Source: Candidatus Omnitrophota bacterium
Lineage (GTDB): Bacteria; Omnitrophota; Gorgyraeia; Gygaellales; Profunditerraquicolaceae
Length of the DNA stretch: 64,000 nucleotides
Direction: 5' to 3'
Assembly (NCBI GenBank): GCA_011620275.1
Contig: WOZK01000017.1
Coordinates: 3,237-67,236, forward strand
A model generated the notes under the pieces. It saw nothing but the letters and a program-made list of their open reading frames with translations, ran no database searches and had not been told where the DNA came from. The translations under genes were made by a program, and so were the position numbers. Of the stretch, positions 31,073 to 42,165 are shown piece after piece (within the stretch, counting starts at the first letter, position 1; every line of letters begins with the position of its first letter).

Positions 31073-31642
31073 ATGAAGATACTTTTGCATATCTGCTGCG
31101 CCCCTTGCCTGATCTATCCTTTGGAAAGAATGAGAGAACTCGGTATTGAAGCGTCGGGTGTGTTCTATAATCCCAATATCCACGGCGCGTTGGAATACGG
31201 CGCGCGCAGGAAATGTCTGGAGGCCTATTCTTGGTCCCTCGGCCTTGAAGTGGAATATCCTGAGTACGCCCCGCAGGAGTTCTTCGCGGAGGTCAAGCAC
31301 GGCGGAACGCCGTCAAGATGCGCGGCCTGCTGGCTGCTGCGTATGCGGTTCACGGCCAGACTGGCCCGCAGCCGCGGAATGGACGCTTTTTCCACCACTC
31401 TCTTGGTCAGCCCTTATCAGGATCACGAACTGCTGAAGGCTGCGGCCGGACAGGCGGCGGAAGAGGAAAAGGTGGATTTTTATTACGAAGATTTCCGTCC
31501 CGGGTTTCGCAGGGCCCGCAGGAGGGCGCGCGAAGGCGGATTGTATCTGCAGAAATACTGCGGCTGCGTTTATTCGGAGACGGAGAGATACCACGCTAAA
31601 ATAAAGACCGCGGCGCCGGAGCGCTCCGGGATAATCTTGTAA
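31073..31642 (+). CDS. queH: Epoxyqueuosine reductase QueH (DUF208)
   Basis: LLHICCAPC N-terminal Cys motif and conserved C-terminal Cys. 189 aa. Confidence 0.8.
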   Translation: MKILLHICCAPCLIYPLERMRELGIEASGVFYNPNIHGALEYGARRKCLEAYSWSLGLEVEYPEYAPQEFFAEVKHGGTPSRCAACWLLRMRFTARLARSRGMDAFSTTLLVSPYQDHELLKAAAGQAAEEEKVDFYYEDFRPGFRRARRRAREGGLYLQKYCGCVYSETERYHAKIKTAAPERSGIIL

Positions 31643-31646
31643 GACT

Positions 31647-31862
31647 ATGCAGTGGATGGCCAGAATACTAATATTTTCCGGACTGGCGCTGATATGCCTG
31701 GGCGCGCTGCTTCTGCTGGCGCAGAACATATCGTTTCCGGGCAGGCTTCCGGGAGATATCTATATAAAAAGCGAGAAGTTCTCCTTTTATTTCCCGCTGG
31801 GGACTTGTCTGCTCATTAGCCTTGCGGCTTCCCTGTTTTTTCGCATATTTTCACGCAGATGA
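31647..31862 (+). CDS. Small two-helix membrane protein (DUF2905-like, hypothetical)
   Basis: 71 aa with two hydrophobic helices. Confidence 0.45.
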   Translation: MQWMARILIFSGLALICLGALLLLAQNISFPGRLPGDIYIKSEKFSFYFPLGTCLLISLAASLFFRIFSRR

Positions 31863-33082
31863 ATAAATTCCCCGGATCGACACTGATAATGATAATTGTT
31901 TTTTTCTCCGCGGCGGCGCTCTGTCCGGCCGCGGCTCCGGAGCAGAAGGACAGGGGATACAAGCTATCCTCACCCTGCGAACCTTATATAAGGGTCGCCG
32001 TGCTGCGCAATGTCGATTCCATCGCTCTGAAGGTGAACGGAGAATTCCACATTTACGATGCGGCCACGGGCCGCAGATTGTTGCAGGAGAAGAACGCCCG
32101 CTGGACCATAACGTCCGGGCAGAAAGGTATATCCGCAGGCGGGCATCTTTTCGCCTCCGGGGGCATAATCATAAGGCCGCGCGACCGTAACGAGATATAC
32201 CTTAACGGCAGGCGTTACCGGGGGGAGATGCGCCTGGTTGGCAAAAACGGTTCCCTGCTGGCGGTGAACTATGTGGGGCTGGAAGATTACATAAAAGGGA
32301 TTTTCATCAGGGAGTCTTCTCACTATTGGCCGCCGGAGGTTCTCAAAGCCGAAGCCATAGTGTTCAGAAGTTTCGCCCTGTATCGGGCGGCTGAGAATTC
32401 CTCCAGGGATTACGATGTCACCGGCGACGTTTATTCCCAGGTTTACGGGGGAATGACCGCCGAGCGTTATCGCACCAACAAGATGGTAAAGGATACCGAA
32501 GGCATGGTACTGGTTTACGACGGCAGAATATTTCCGGCCTATTATCACTCCGCCTGCGGCGGGCGCACCGAGGACGCCGCGAAGCTCTGGAACATAAATC
32601 TTCCCCCTCTGAAAGGGGTGGCCTGCGGCTACTGCGGGGAATCTCCGCATTCACGCTGGAGCAGGAGGCTCTCCAATAAAGAGGTTTCCTCAAAACTGCA
32701 CGCAGAGGGTAGCGTGGGTGTTCCTCAGATAACCGTGATCACCCCCGGCATCCGGGATGCGTCCGGCCGTATGCAGAAATTGACCTTTTCTTTCGAGGAT
32801 GGAGGGACCAGGACCATTTCCGCAAAGGAGTTTCGGCAGCTCTTGGGACCGGACGTGATAAAAAGTACCGACTTTGAGGCGCGGCTTTCCGGGGCCGACA
32901 TAATCTTTGAAGGCGCCGGATGGGGCCACGGAGTTGGGCTTTGCCAGTGGGGCGCTTATTTCATGGCCAAGCAGGGGGCCTCGTACACGAAGATACTTTC
33001 ACATTATTATCCCGGGACGCAGATAACCCAATTGGGCAGTTTCAAACCCGGCGATAGCAAAGCGGCGGGCGGCAGGCGTTGA
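31859..33082 (+). CDS. SpoIID/LytB-domain protein (peptidoglycan lytic enzyme family) with signal peptide
   Basis: SpoIID-type core (YHSACGGRTE). Confidence 0.8.
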   Translation: MNKFPGSTLIMIIVFFSAAALCPAAAPEQKDRGYKLSSPCEPYIRVAVLRNVDSIALKVNGEFHIYDAATGRRLLQEKNARWTITSGQKGISAGGHLFASGGIIIRPRDRNEIYLNGRRYRGEMRLVGKNGSLLAVNYVGLEDYIKGIFIRESSHYWPPEVLKAEAIVFRSFALYRAAENSSRDYDVTGDVYSQVYGGMTAERYRTNKMVKDTEGMVLVYDGRIFPAYYHSACGGRTEDAAKLWNINLPPLKGVACGYCGESPHSRWSRRLSNKEVSSKLHAEGSVGVPQITVITPGIRDASGRMQKLTFSFEDGGTRTISAKEFRQLLGPDVIKSTDFEARLSGADIIFEGAGWGHGVGLCQWGAYFMAKQGASYTKILSHYYPGTQITQLGSFKPGDSKAAGGRR

Positions 33083-34086
33083 AACGGCAGATGCAGAGAC
33101 TTTCCGATTTCAATTTTGAACTGCCGTCCGGGTTAGTGGCGCAATACCCTTTACACCGGCGCGACAAGGCCAGACTGCTGGTCCTGGAAAAGAAGAGCGG
33201 CAGGGTGGAGCACCGCTTATTCTCGGATCTCCCGGATTATATGGAGAAAGGGGATCTGCTGGTGCTTAACGACAGCAGGGTCGTGCCGGCCCGCATCAAG
33301 GCGCGCAGGAGAAGCGGCGGAAAGGCCGAGGTTTTTTTGCTCGAACGCAAGAACGGGCTGGTGTTCCGCGCGCTGCTTAAGCCGGCGCGACTGAGGACCG
33401 GAGAGCGGTTGTTGTTAAGCGATCCGGATATCGTCTGTACGGTCACCGCAAAAGATGAGGTCGCCTTCAGCGGATGCGCAGAGAATGATATCTACGCGGC
33501 CGGAAGCGTCCCGCTTCCTCCATATATAAAGAGAGAACCTTCCGAAGAAGACAGGTTGTATTATCAAACGGTCTTCGCGCGCGAAAACGGTTCGGTGGCG
33601 GCGCCGACTGCCGGCCTGCATTTTACTCCGGAGCTTCTGGATACGATAAACGCCGCCGGAGCGCGGACGGCTTATGTGACCCTGCACGTGGGTTACGGAA
33701 CATTCAAACCGGTCAAATGCGAGGTTGTCTCCAGGCACATTATGGAAGAGGAGCGTTACCGGATCGGAGAGGATGCGGCTTTGAGAATAAGTGAGGCCGT
33801 AGCATCCGGCAGGAAGATCTGCGCAGTGGGGACTACCAGCCTGCGCGCCCTGGAAACTTACGTTTCTTCAGGGGAAACAGAAGGGAGGACCGGACTTTTC
33901 ATTTACCCGGGATACGATTTTCGCCTAGTCAACCGGCTGGTCACCAATTTTCATTTGCCGAAGACCACTCTGCTTATGCTTGTCTGCGCCTTTGCCGGGA
34001 CTGAAATGGTCCTGGACGCTTACCGTCAGGCGGTGGAAAAGAAGTATCGTTTCTATAGTTACGGCGACGCGATGCTTATTATTTAA
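33079..34086 (+). CDS. queA: S-adenosylmethionine:tRNA ribosyltransferase-isomerase
   Basis: FDFELP-like N-terminus (FNFELPSGLVAQYP) and full-length QueA. Start may be the ATG at 33091. Confidence 0.9.
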   Translation: MKRQMQRLSDFNFELPSGLVAQYPLHRRDKARLLVLEKKSGRVEHRLFSDLPDYMEKGDLLVLNDSRVVPARIKARRRSGGKAEVFLLERKNGLVFRALLKPARLRTGERLLLSDPDIVCTVTAKDEVAFSGCAENDIYAAGSVPLPPYIKREPSEEDRLYYQTVFARENGSVAAPTAGLHFTPELLDTINAAGARTAYVTLHVGYGTFKPVKCEVVSRHIMEEERYRIGEDAALRISEAVASGRKICAVGTTSLRALETYVSSGETEGRTGLFIYPGYDFRLVNRLVTNFHLPKTTLLMLVCAFAGTEMVLDAYRQAVEKKYRFYSYGDAMLII

Positions 34087-34215
34087 CCTGTAATTTGCAA
34101 TAGGGATTCGGTAAAATGTCTCTAACTCATAGCCAGAACTGCGTTTTGCCCGCAAAATCGTCCTCGACGTACTGCTTTGAGTATACCTGCAGGGATGAAG
34201 TGGTCTGTGGACTAA

Positions 34216-35364
<1,149 letters not shown>

Positions 35365-35368
35365 GTAT

Positions 35369-36067
35369 ATGCTGCGTATCGATATAGTAACGATCTTTCC
35401 GGGGATGTTCGAAGGAGTGCTGGGAGAGTCGATGATAAAGAGGGCCCGGGACAAGAAGAAGGCGCTTATCCGGACGCACGACCTGCGGGATTATACCCTG
35501 GATAAACATCGCAAGGTGGATGACAGGCCTTTCGGGGGAGGCTCCGGCATGGTCATGTCTCCAGAGCCGATCTTTCGTGCGGTGGAGTCTCTGAAAAAAA
35601 ACCGCGGACGCGGCCGGGGGAAAGTGATCCTGCTCGGCCCGCAGGGCCGGAAGCTCGACCAGAAGCTCGCGTTTGAACTGTCGCGTCTCAACTGGATGAT
35701 ATTGATTTGCGGGCATTATGAAGGAGTAGACGAAAGAGTAAGAGAACGTCTGGCGGACGAAGAGATTTCCATCGGTGATTATATCCTCACCGGCGGGGAG
35801 GTACCGGCTATGGTCCTGACGGACTGCGTGGTGCGGCTTATCCCCGGGGTCCTCGGCGATAAAAATTCCTTGAATTTTGAGTCATTCGAAGGTAATCTAT
35901 TAGAGTATGCCCAGTACACCAGACCGGCGGATTTCCGCGGCATGAAAGTCCCGGAAGTCCTCCTGCGCGGAGACCACGGCAGGATAGCCGCCTGGCGCAG
36001 AGAAGACAGCCTGCGCAGGACAAGGCAAAAAAGGCCTGACCTGTCGGGCGGGAGCGGCCGGCTTTGA
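35369..36067 (+). CDS. trmD: tRNA (guanine37-N1)-methyltransferase
   Basis: [11 protein letters not shown] and GGGSGMVM motifs. Confidence 0.92.
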   Translation: MLRIDIVTIFPGMFEGVLGESMIKRARDKKKALIRTHDLRDYTLDKHRKVDDRPFGGGSGMVMSPEPIFRAVESLKKNRGRGRGKVILLGPQGRKLDQKLAFELSRLNWMILICGHYEGVDERVRERLADEEISIGDYILTGGEVPAMVLTDCVVRLIPGVLGDKNSLNFESFEGNLLEYAQYTRPADFRGMKVPEVLLRGDHGRIAAWRREDSLRRTRQKRPDLSGGSGRL

Positions 36068-36234
36068 CGGTGCGCCCTCCGGGCGGAGTATTCAAAGAAT
36101 ATACAGGGAGCGGCAACGCTCATAACATCGTTTGACCGGTAATTCCGCGTTCGGATATTTACCCCGCAGGGTGTTTCTCGGCCGTATACGGCGGGAAGGT
36201 TTCACGAGGTAGAATCCATTTAGGAGACAGTCCA

Positions 36235-36606
36235 ATGAACAAGATTAAAGCCATCGAACAGAAATTCTCAACCAGAAAAGAATTCCCCGCTTTCCACGTG
36301 GGAGATACGGTCAAGGTTTTCGTGAGGATACCGGAAGCGCCCGATAAGTTTCGTCTGCATCCATACGAAGGCATCGTGATCGCCCGGAAAGGCAGCGGGG
36401 TCAACGAGACCTTCACCGTAAGAAAGGTCTCGTTCGGAGAAGGGATAGAAAGGGTTTTCCCTCTGGGGACATCGGCGATAGAGAAGATCGAAGTGATACG
36501 TTCCGGCAAAGTCAAAAGGGCCAAACTTTATTATCTGCGCAGCAAGATCGGCAAACGCGCCACCAAGATAGATTCAAAAGAAGAAAAGGGCGCGCAAAAG
36601 GCGTAA
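36235..36606 (+). CDS. rplS: 50S ribosomal protein L19
   Basis: FHVGDTVKV...RLHPYEGIVIARKG signature. AGGAG RBS. Confidence 0.93.
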   Translation: MNKIKAIEQKFSTRKEFPAFHVGDTVKVFVRIPEAPDKFRLHPYEGIVIARKGSGVNETFTVRKVSFGEGIERVFPLGTSAIEKIEVIRSGKVKRAKLYYLRSKIGKRATKIDSKEEKGAQKA

Positions 36607-36639
36607 CGGCGGCATTCACTATATCCTGTTCCGGCAAGC

Positions 36640-37275
36640 ATGGAACCCGGGTCCCAATTGGAGAATAGAGAAGGGTTACTTTATTACGAACGAGGGCTTG
36701 AAGCCGCAGGTTGCCGGTTGATAATCGGCATTGACGAAGCCGGGCGCGGGCCGTTGGCAGGCCCGGTGGTAGCCGCGGCCGCAACCCTGCGGAATTTCTC
36801 TTTTTCCAACCGTATAGATGATTCCAAGAAACTTACTCCCCGCCAGCGCGATGCCGCTTTTCTGGAGATAACAGGGAAGGCCGACTACGGAATAGGCATC
36901 ATAAACGAACAGATAATAGACAGCGTCAACATCCTTGAAGCCAGCAAGCTGGCCATGCAGGAGGCCCTTAATGATCTTCTGGCGCGCAGGAAGAGGCCTT
37001 TGCCGGAGGCGCACGCCCTGGTGGACGGAGATATGCGGATATCGCTGCCGGTCCCGCATACCTGCGTAATCAGGGGGGATTCCAGGTCTTTCAGCATAGC
37101 TTGCGCTTCCATCATCGCGAAAGTCACCAGGGACAGGATCATGGTTATATACGACTCGGTCTACCCCCAGTATGGTTTTTCCAGGCACAAGGGATACCCG
37201 ACCAAGGCGCACCGGAGCGCTATCGGCCGCTGCGGACCTTCTTTAATACACCGCAGGAGTTTCACCGGTGTCTAA
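36640..37275 (+). CDS. rnhB: Ribonuclease HII
   Basis: IIGIDEAGRGPLAGPVV catalytic motif. Confidence 0.9.
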   Translation: MEPGSQLENREGLLYYERGLEAAGCRLIIGIDEAGRGPLAGPVVAAAATLRNFSFSNRIDDSKKLTPRQRDAAFLEITGKADYGIGIINEQIIDSVNILEASKLAMQEALNDLLARRKRPLPEAHALVDGDMRISLPVPHTCVIRGDSRSFSIACASIIAKVTRDRIMVIYDSVYPQYGFSRHKGYPTKAHRSAIGRCGPSLIHRRSFTGV

Positions 37276-37627
37276 ACCCGGCTCCGCCGCCGAGGATGCT
37301 GCGGAGGCATTTCTGCAGCGGCAAGGCTACCGCATACTGCGGAGGAATTACCGTTGTCCCGCGGGGGAGATCGACATAGTAGCCAGAGAAAAAAAAGTGT
37401 TTTGTTTCGTGGAGGTCAAGTCCCGCAACAGCGACGCCTGTGGCAGTCCGGCGGAAGCGGTTACGCCGGAGAAGAGACGGAGATTATGCCGGGCCGCGGC
37501 CTGGTATCTCTCGGAATCCGGAAATGAGGACGCGATTTCGCGTTTCGACGTGGTCGCCGTTTTGTATGAAGGGGCAGGTCCGGAAATAGAGCTTTACAAA
37601 GACGCTTTTGAATGCGAGGAGCGGTAA
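37268..37627 (+). CDS. yraN: YraN-family (UPF0102) endonuclease
   Basis: GE(I)DIVA...FVEVK motif pattern. 119 aa, downstream of rnhB as usual. Confidence 0.8.
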   Translation: MSKPGSAAEDAAEAFLQRQGYRILRRNYRCPAGEIDIVAREKKVFCFVEVKSRNSDACGSPAEAVTPEKRRRLCRAAAWYLSESGNEDAISRFDVVAVLYEGAGPEIELYKDAFECEER

Positions 37628-39314
37628 ATTGTTCAAAATACCTGGGTTTAACCGGGGTGGTGTCCCTATAGCAAAGATAGCTTCCCGTTTGGGTATAAGA
37701 GGAAAATATCTCGTTCCCCACGGGAGGTATATCGCCAAGATAGAACCGGAGATACTTCTGCACCGGAGGCCGCGGGCGCGCGGAAGTAAATATATACTGG
37801 TAACCGCGATAACCCCTACGCCGCTGGGCGAAGGAAAGACAGTCACCACCATCGGGCTTTCCATGGCCCTCAACCGCCTCGGCGCCACGGCCTGCGCCTG
37901 TATAAGGGAATCTTCTCTGGGGCCGCTTTTCGGCCTTAAAGGCGGCGGAGCAGGAGGGGGACGTTCTTACATTATTCCCACGGAGGAATCCAATCTTCAT
38001 TTTACCGGAGATATCCACGCCGTCGCTTTCGCCCACAATCTGGCCGCGGCATACTTGGACAACTACATTTATCACGGCAACCTTCCAGATATAGCGTCCG
38101 ACGGCATATACTGGAAAAGAGTGATTGAGGTCAACGACAGGTCTTTAAGGAAAGTGCGGCTGCCGGACGGGTTAAAGGGCGCCGGGGATAGGGAAAGCGG
38201 TTTTGAGATCACCGCCGCTTCTGAATTGATGGCGATTCTCGGGCTGAGCGAGAACGCGCGCGACCTGCGCGCCAGGCTTGGCAGGGTGGTGCTGGCCGAA
38301 CGCCGGGACGGCGGATACGTGACCGCGGAAGATATAAAGGTTTCCGGCAGCATGGCGGCCTGTCTGAAAGACGCGTTGAAACCGAACCTTATCCAGACCG
38401 CGGAAAATACGCCCTGTTTCGTGCACACCGTGCCTTTTGCGAACATAGCTCACGGCAACAGTTCCATACTGGCGGATAGAATCGCTCTTTCCTGTTGCGA
38501 ATACGTGGTTACCGAGGCCGGTTTCGGCGCCGACTGCGGCGCCGAGAAATTTTTTAATATAAAGTGCAGGACTTCCGGATTGAAACCGGATGCGGCTGTG
38601 CTGGTATGTTCGGTGCGCGCCCTTAAGGCGCACAGCGGTAGGTTCAGGGTGGCTCCCGGTAAGCCGCTGGACGAAGCGCTGGGTAAAGAGGACCTGGAAG
38701 CCCTGGAGGCCGGATGCGTTAATCTCAGTAAACAAATAGAGAATATCCTCGTTTTCGGCGTGCCGGTTGTGGTCGCCGTTAACCGTTTTGCCGGAGACAC
38801 CGACAAAGAGATCAGTCTGGTCTCCGCAAAGGCAATGGAATTCGGGGCGAGCGCCTGCGAGATCAGCGAGCTCTGGTCGCGAGGTTCTCCCGGCGGCATT
38901 AAACTGGCGAAAAGCGTGATCAGGGCCGCGGAATCGCCGAACAGGTTTTCTTTTCTTTATGACGGCGGGGAAAGCGTGGAGGAAAAGATCTCTGCTATCG
39001 CCGTGAAGATCTACGGAGCGCGCGGCGTGGAATATTCCGATATCGCGCGCAGAAGAATGGAACTTTACGTCTCGCGCGGCTGGGGCGTTCTGCCGGTGTG
39101 CATGGCCAAAACGCAGTTTTCACTTTCGCACGACCCGCGGTTAAAAGGCAGGCCGGAAGGGTTTGTCCTGCCGGTTTCGGATATCAGGCCCGCTATAGGG
39201 GCGGGTTATCTCTACGCCCTCTGCGGCGGTATACAGACCATGCCGGGTCTGCCGGCGCGTCCGCGCGGGGAAGAGGTGGACATAGACGATAACGGCAGGA
39301 TAAGGGGGCTTTGA
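37608..39314 (+). CDS. fhs: Formate--tetrahydrofolate ligase
   Basis: ILVTAITPTPLGEGKTVTTIGL signature and full-length FTHFS. The exact start is uncertain; the ORF overlaps the yraN end. Confidence 0.9.
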   Translation: MNARSGKLFKIPGFNRGGVPIAKIASRLGIRGKYLVPHGRYIAKIEPEILLHRRPRARGSKYILVTAITPTPLGEGKTVTTIGLSMALNRLGATACACIRESSLGPLFGLKGGGAGGGRSYIIPTEESNLHFTGDIHAVAFAHNLAAAYLDNYIYHGNLPDIASDGIYWKRVIEVNDRSLRKVRLPDGLKGAGDRESGFEITAASELMAILGLSENARDLRARLGRVVLAERRDGGYVTAEDIKVSGSMAACLKDALKPNLIQTAENTPCFVHTVPFANIAHGNSSILADRIALSCCEYVVTEAGFGADCGAEKFFNIKCRTSGLKPDAAVLVCSVRALKAHSGRFRVAPGKPLDEALGKEDLEALEAGCVNLSKQIENILVFGVPVVVAVNRFAGDTDKEISLVSAKAMEFGASACEISELWSRGSPGGIKLAKSVIRAAESPNRFSFLYDGGESVEEKISAIAVKIYGARGVEYSDIARRRMELYVSRGWGVLPVCMAKTQFSLSHDPRLKGRPEGFVLPVSDIRPAIGAGYLYALCGGIQTMPGLPARPRGEEVDIDDNGRIRGL

Positions 39315-39321
39315 TGTTATT

Positions 39322-39888
39322 ATGGTGAGATACTGCCGCAAGAGCCTGGAAAAATACAACGATAGTCTGGCCGCCGGCAGCGCGGTACCCGGAGGAGGCT
39401 CCGCCTCAGCGGTAGCCGCCGCTATGGGGACGGCGCTGTTGAGCATGGTGCTTAATTTTTCGCTCGGCAGGAAAGCTTACGCCGCGCACGAGAAACGCTT
39501 GAAGGAGATCCTTGGAGCAGTTGAGAGGCTGCGCGCGCGGTTCCTGGAGTTGGCTGACCTTGATTCAGAGGCTTTTAACGGTAGGGACATGCGCAGATCT
39601 CTGGATATTTCTTTTATCATCTGCCGGCTTTCTTACGAAGTAATGAAGTTCTGCCCCGAGGTGCTGAAAAAAGGCAATCCTAATCTTTGCACCGACACCG
39701 GCACCGCCGCAGCCATGCTGGAGACGGCTTTCTGCGGCGCATATTTTAACGTGCGCATAAATCTGAAGATTATCGGGGACAAGGCGTTGTCCCGGGGTAT
39801 ACTCAAGGAATTGTCTGTCAAGAAAAGGTCGATGTCGAGGATAAGAACGGAGATAGAGGATGGCGTCTGCGGGATTATTGAAAGGTAG
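39322..39888 (+). CDS. fchA: Methenyltetrahydrofolate cyclohydrolase / formiminotransferase-cyclodeaminase-family protein
   Basis: Cyclodeaminase-domain similarity (PGGGSASAVAAAMG...). Sits between fhs and folD. Confidence 0.75.
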   Translation: MVRYCRKSLEKYNDSLAAGSAVPGGGSASAVAAAMGTALLSMVLNFSLGRKAYAAHEKRLKEILGAVERLRARFLELADLDSEAFNGRDMRRSLDISFIICRLSYEVMKFCPEVLKKGNPNLCTDTGTAAAMLETAFCGAYFNVRINLKIIGDKALSRGILKELSVKKRSMSRIRTEIEDGVCGIIER

Positions 39889-40726
39889 CGTAATAGCCGA
39901 GCGTATAAAAGAGGAAATCCGTTCCAAGATAGGCCGGCTCGGTTTCCGTCCCGCCCTGGCGGGCATACAGGTGGGAGATAACGCCGCCGCCGGATCCTAC
40001 ACGCAGATGCAATCCAGGCTGGCCTCTGCCCTGGGATTCGATTACCGCCTGCATAAACTGGCAGCCAGAACTTCTTTGGAAGATTTAAAGGGATTGATTG
40101 ACAGGCTGAACCTCGACGTCGGGGTCAACGGGATCATTATACAAAAACCCCTGTCTAACGAGATAGATTACCTGGCGGCGGTGAGGGAGATATCTCCTTT
40201 GAAGGACGTGGAAGGGATGCATCCGTATAATATAGGGCATATGTTCTTTCCCCGCCCGCGCATCGTTCCCTGCACCCCGGCTGCGGTGATGGAGCTCATC
40301 AAGTTGTCCGGGGTCAGGCTGGAAGGCAGGGAAGCGGTAGTGATCGGCCACAGCGAAATAGTGGGGCGCCCGCTGGCGCTCCTTCTTTTGGACAAGCTTG
40401 CCACCGTCACAGTTTGTCACATAGGTACTCACAGCGCCGGAAAACTGCAGGAGCACGTCGCACGAGCCGAGATACTGGTTGTGGCTGTGGGGAAAGCGGG
40501 AATCATCAAAGGTAAGTGGGTAAAGGAAGGCGCGGTCGTGATAGACGTCGGCATAAACCGCAGCAACGGCATGATCGTCGGTGACGTGGAAACCGCGGAA
40601 GCGGCGTCCAGGGCTTCATGGATAACCCCGGTGCCGGGCGGAGTGGGGCCGGTGACCGCCGCCATCCTAATGCGCAATTTTCTTGAAGCGGCCTCCATGC
40701 AGAAAAAACAACCCAGGAATGATTGA
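39860..40726 (+). CDS. folD: Bifunctional methylenetetrahydrofolate dehydrogenase/cyclohydrolase
   Basis: FolD catalytic and NAD(P)-binding regions. 288 aa. Confidence 0.9.
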   Translation: MASAGLLKGSVIAERIKEEIRSKIGRLGFRPALAGIQVGDNAAAGSYTQMQSRLASALGFDYRLHKLAARTSLEDLKGLIDRLNLDVGVNGIIIQKPLSNEIDYLAAVREISPLKDVEGMHPYNIGHMFFPRPRIVPCTPAAVMELIKLSGVRLEGREAVVIGHSEIVGRPLALLLLDKLATVTVCHIGTHSAGKLQEHVARAEILVVAVGKAGIIKGKWVKEGAVVIDVGINRSNGMIVGDVETAEAASRASWITPVPGGVGPVTAAILMRNFLEAASMQKKQPRND

Positions 40727-40868
40727 GTATTTATACTACGACGGCGCCGAACAGGCGCCACCCATTATCAAAATCGTGAGTAAACTACGTCCGTCTGTCC
40801 CGAGCAAGTCCGCAGGCTCACTGTTGGAGCCCGTAGGGGGAATCAGGCCGCGGTGCGTCGAATTGATT

Positions 40869-41195
40869 ATGAAGACCGTCGTTCTGCTTTTGATATCCAA
40901 CATTTTCATGACCCTTGCTTGGTATGGGCACCTTAAATACGTCAAGGCCCCCTTATTTACGGTAATAATTGTCAGCTGGCTGATAGCTTTCGCCGAATAC
41001 TGTTTCCAGGTGCCTGCCAACCGCATCGGTTACCGGGAGTTTTCCGCCGTGCAGCTGAAGACGATACAGGAGGTGGTTTCTCTCTCGGTTTTTACGGTTT
41101 TTTCTGTCCTTTACCTCGGCGAACGACTGAAATGGAATTATCTGGCCGGTTTCGCTTTGATCGTAGCGGCGGTATATCTCATCTTTAAAAAATGA
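40869..41195 (+). CDS. Small DMT-superfamily membrane protein (DUF486-like)
   Basis: About 108 aa with 3-4 TM helices. The internal ATG at 40869 follows the folD stop. Sits between folD and metF. Confidence 0.5.
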   Translation: MKTVVLLLISNIFMTLAWYGHLKYVKAPLFTVIIVSWLIAFAEYCFQVPANRIGYREFSAVQLKTIQEVVSLSVFTVFSVLYLGERLKWNYLAGFALIVAAVYLIFKK

Positions 41196-42067
41196 GCGGA
41201 TTAAGGAAGAAAATAAAAGCCGGGGAATTCGTGGTCACCTGCGAACTCAATCCGCAGAAAGGCGGGGATTTAGGAGAACTGCTTGAGGAGGCGTCCTCGA
41301 TGCGCGGCAGGGTGGACGCTTTCAATGTCACCGATTCGCACGCTGCGGTGATGCGGCAGAGCCCATTGGCGCTTTGCCTGCGGCTGAAGGATGCCGGATT
41401 GGAGCCTGTATACCAGCTTACCTGCCGCGACAGGAACCGGATTGCCCTGCAGTCCGATCTGCTTGCCGCCGCGGCATTGGGGATAAAGAATGTCCTGGCG
41501 TTGACCGGAGATCATCCTTTGCTGGGGGACCATCGCGAGGCCAAGCCGGTCTTCGACCTGGATTCCGTGCAGTTATTGTCGGTTTTTTCCGCTATGCGCG
41601 GGGGCAGAGATATGCAGGGGCACTCGTTGTTCGGGGCATCCCCGGATTTCTTTTGCGGTGCCGTGGTCAATCCCGGAGCCGACCCGCAGGAACTCGAGTT
41701 GATGAAGATGGCCAAGAAGGCTGCCGCCGGAGCTGAATTTTTCCAGACTCAGGCCGTTTTCGACGCGGAGTCTTTTGCCGCGTTCATGCGCAGAAAGCCG
41801 GCTTCAAGCTCCAGAGTGCTCGCCGGCATACTGCCGTTGAGATCGGCGCGCACAGCCAGATATCTTAACCGGCGCGTACCGGGAGTGAACGTACCGGAAC
41901 GGCTGATAAAAGATATCGAGAGCTCAGGGGGGGATAACGAAAACGCTGTGGAGGAGATATTCTCGCGCCTCATCAAGGAAATCAAACCGATGTGCGCCGG
42001 CATACATCTTATGCCTGCGGGATGGTTTTCAATAGTGCCGCGCCTGCTGGAAGCGGCGGGCAGATGA
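41192..42067 (+). CDS. metF: 5,10-methylenetetrahydrofolate reductase
   Basis: MTHFR TIM-barrel motifs (FNVTDSHAA...LTCRDRN...LALTGD). 291 aa. Confidence 0.88.
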   Translation: MSGLRKKIKAGEFVVTCELNPQKGGDLGELLEEASSMRGRVDAFNVTDSHAAVMRQSPLALCLRLKDAGLEPVYQLTCRDRNRIALQSDLLAAAALGIKNVLALTGDHPLLGDHREAKPVFDLDSVQLLSVFSAMRGGRDMQGHSLFGASPDFFCGAVVNPGADPQELELMKMAKKAAAGAEFFQTQAVFDAESFAAFMRRKPASSSRVLAGILPLRSARTARYLNRRVPGVNVPERLIKDIESSGGDNENAVEEIFSRLIKEIKPMCAGIHLMPAGWFSIVPRLLEAAGR

Positions 42068-42084
42068 TGGGAAATCGTTCATCG

Positions 42085-42165
42085 TTCGAAACGTAACCGG
42101 GTCCGAATATCTAAACGGGCTTCCTTACCGTAACCGCCTGCCGGTAAATAACAGGAGTTCGATTT
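42085..42165 (+). promoter_or_regulatory. Conserved upstream element, copy B (CCGAATAT-N4-ACGGG-N-CCTTACCGTAACCG...AAATAA-GGAGT-N7-ATG)
   Basis: Collinear blocks with near-identical spacing to the region upstream of murA (54227-54305). Confidence 0.55.

Noticed and set aside
42074-42092. GTTCGAA-containing stretch resembling a tRNA T-loop
   Set aside because: No flanking 5-bp T-stem, acceptor or anticodon stems can be formed, so it is not a tRNA gene. No tRNA or rRNA is evident anywhere in the window; the intergenic gaps are too short.
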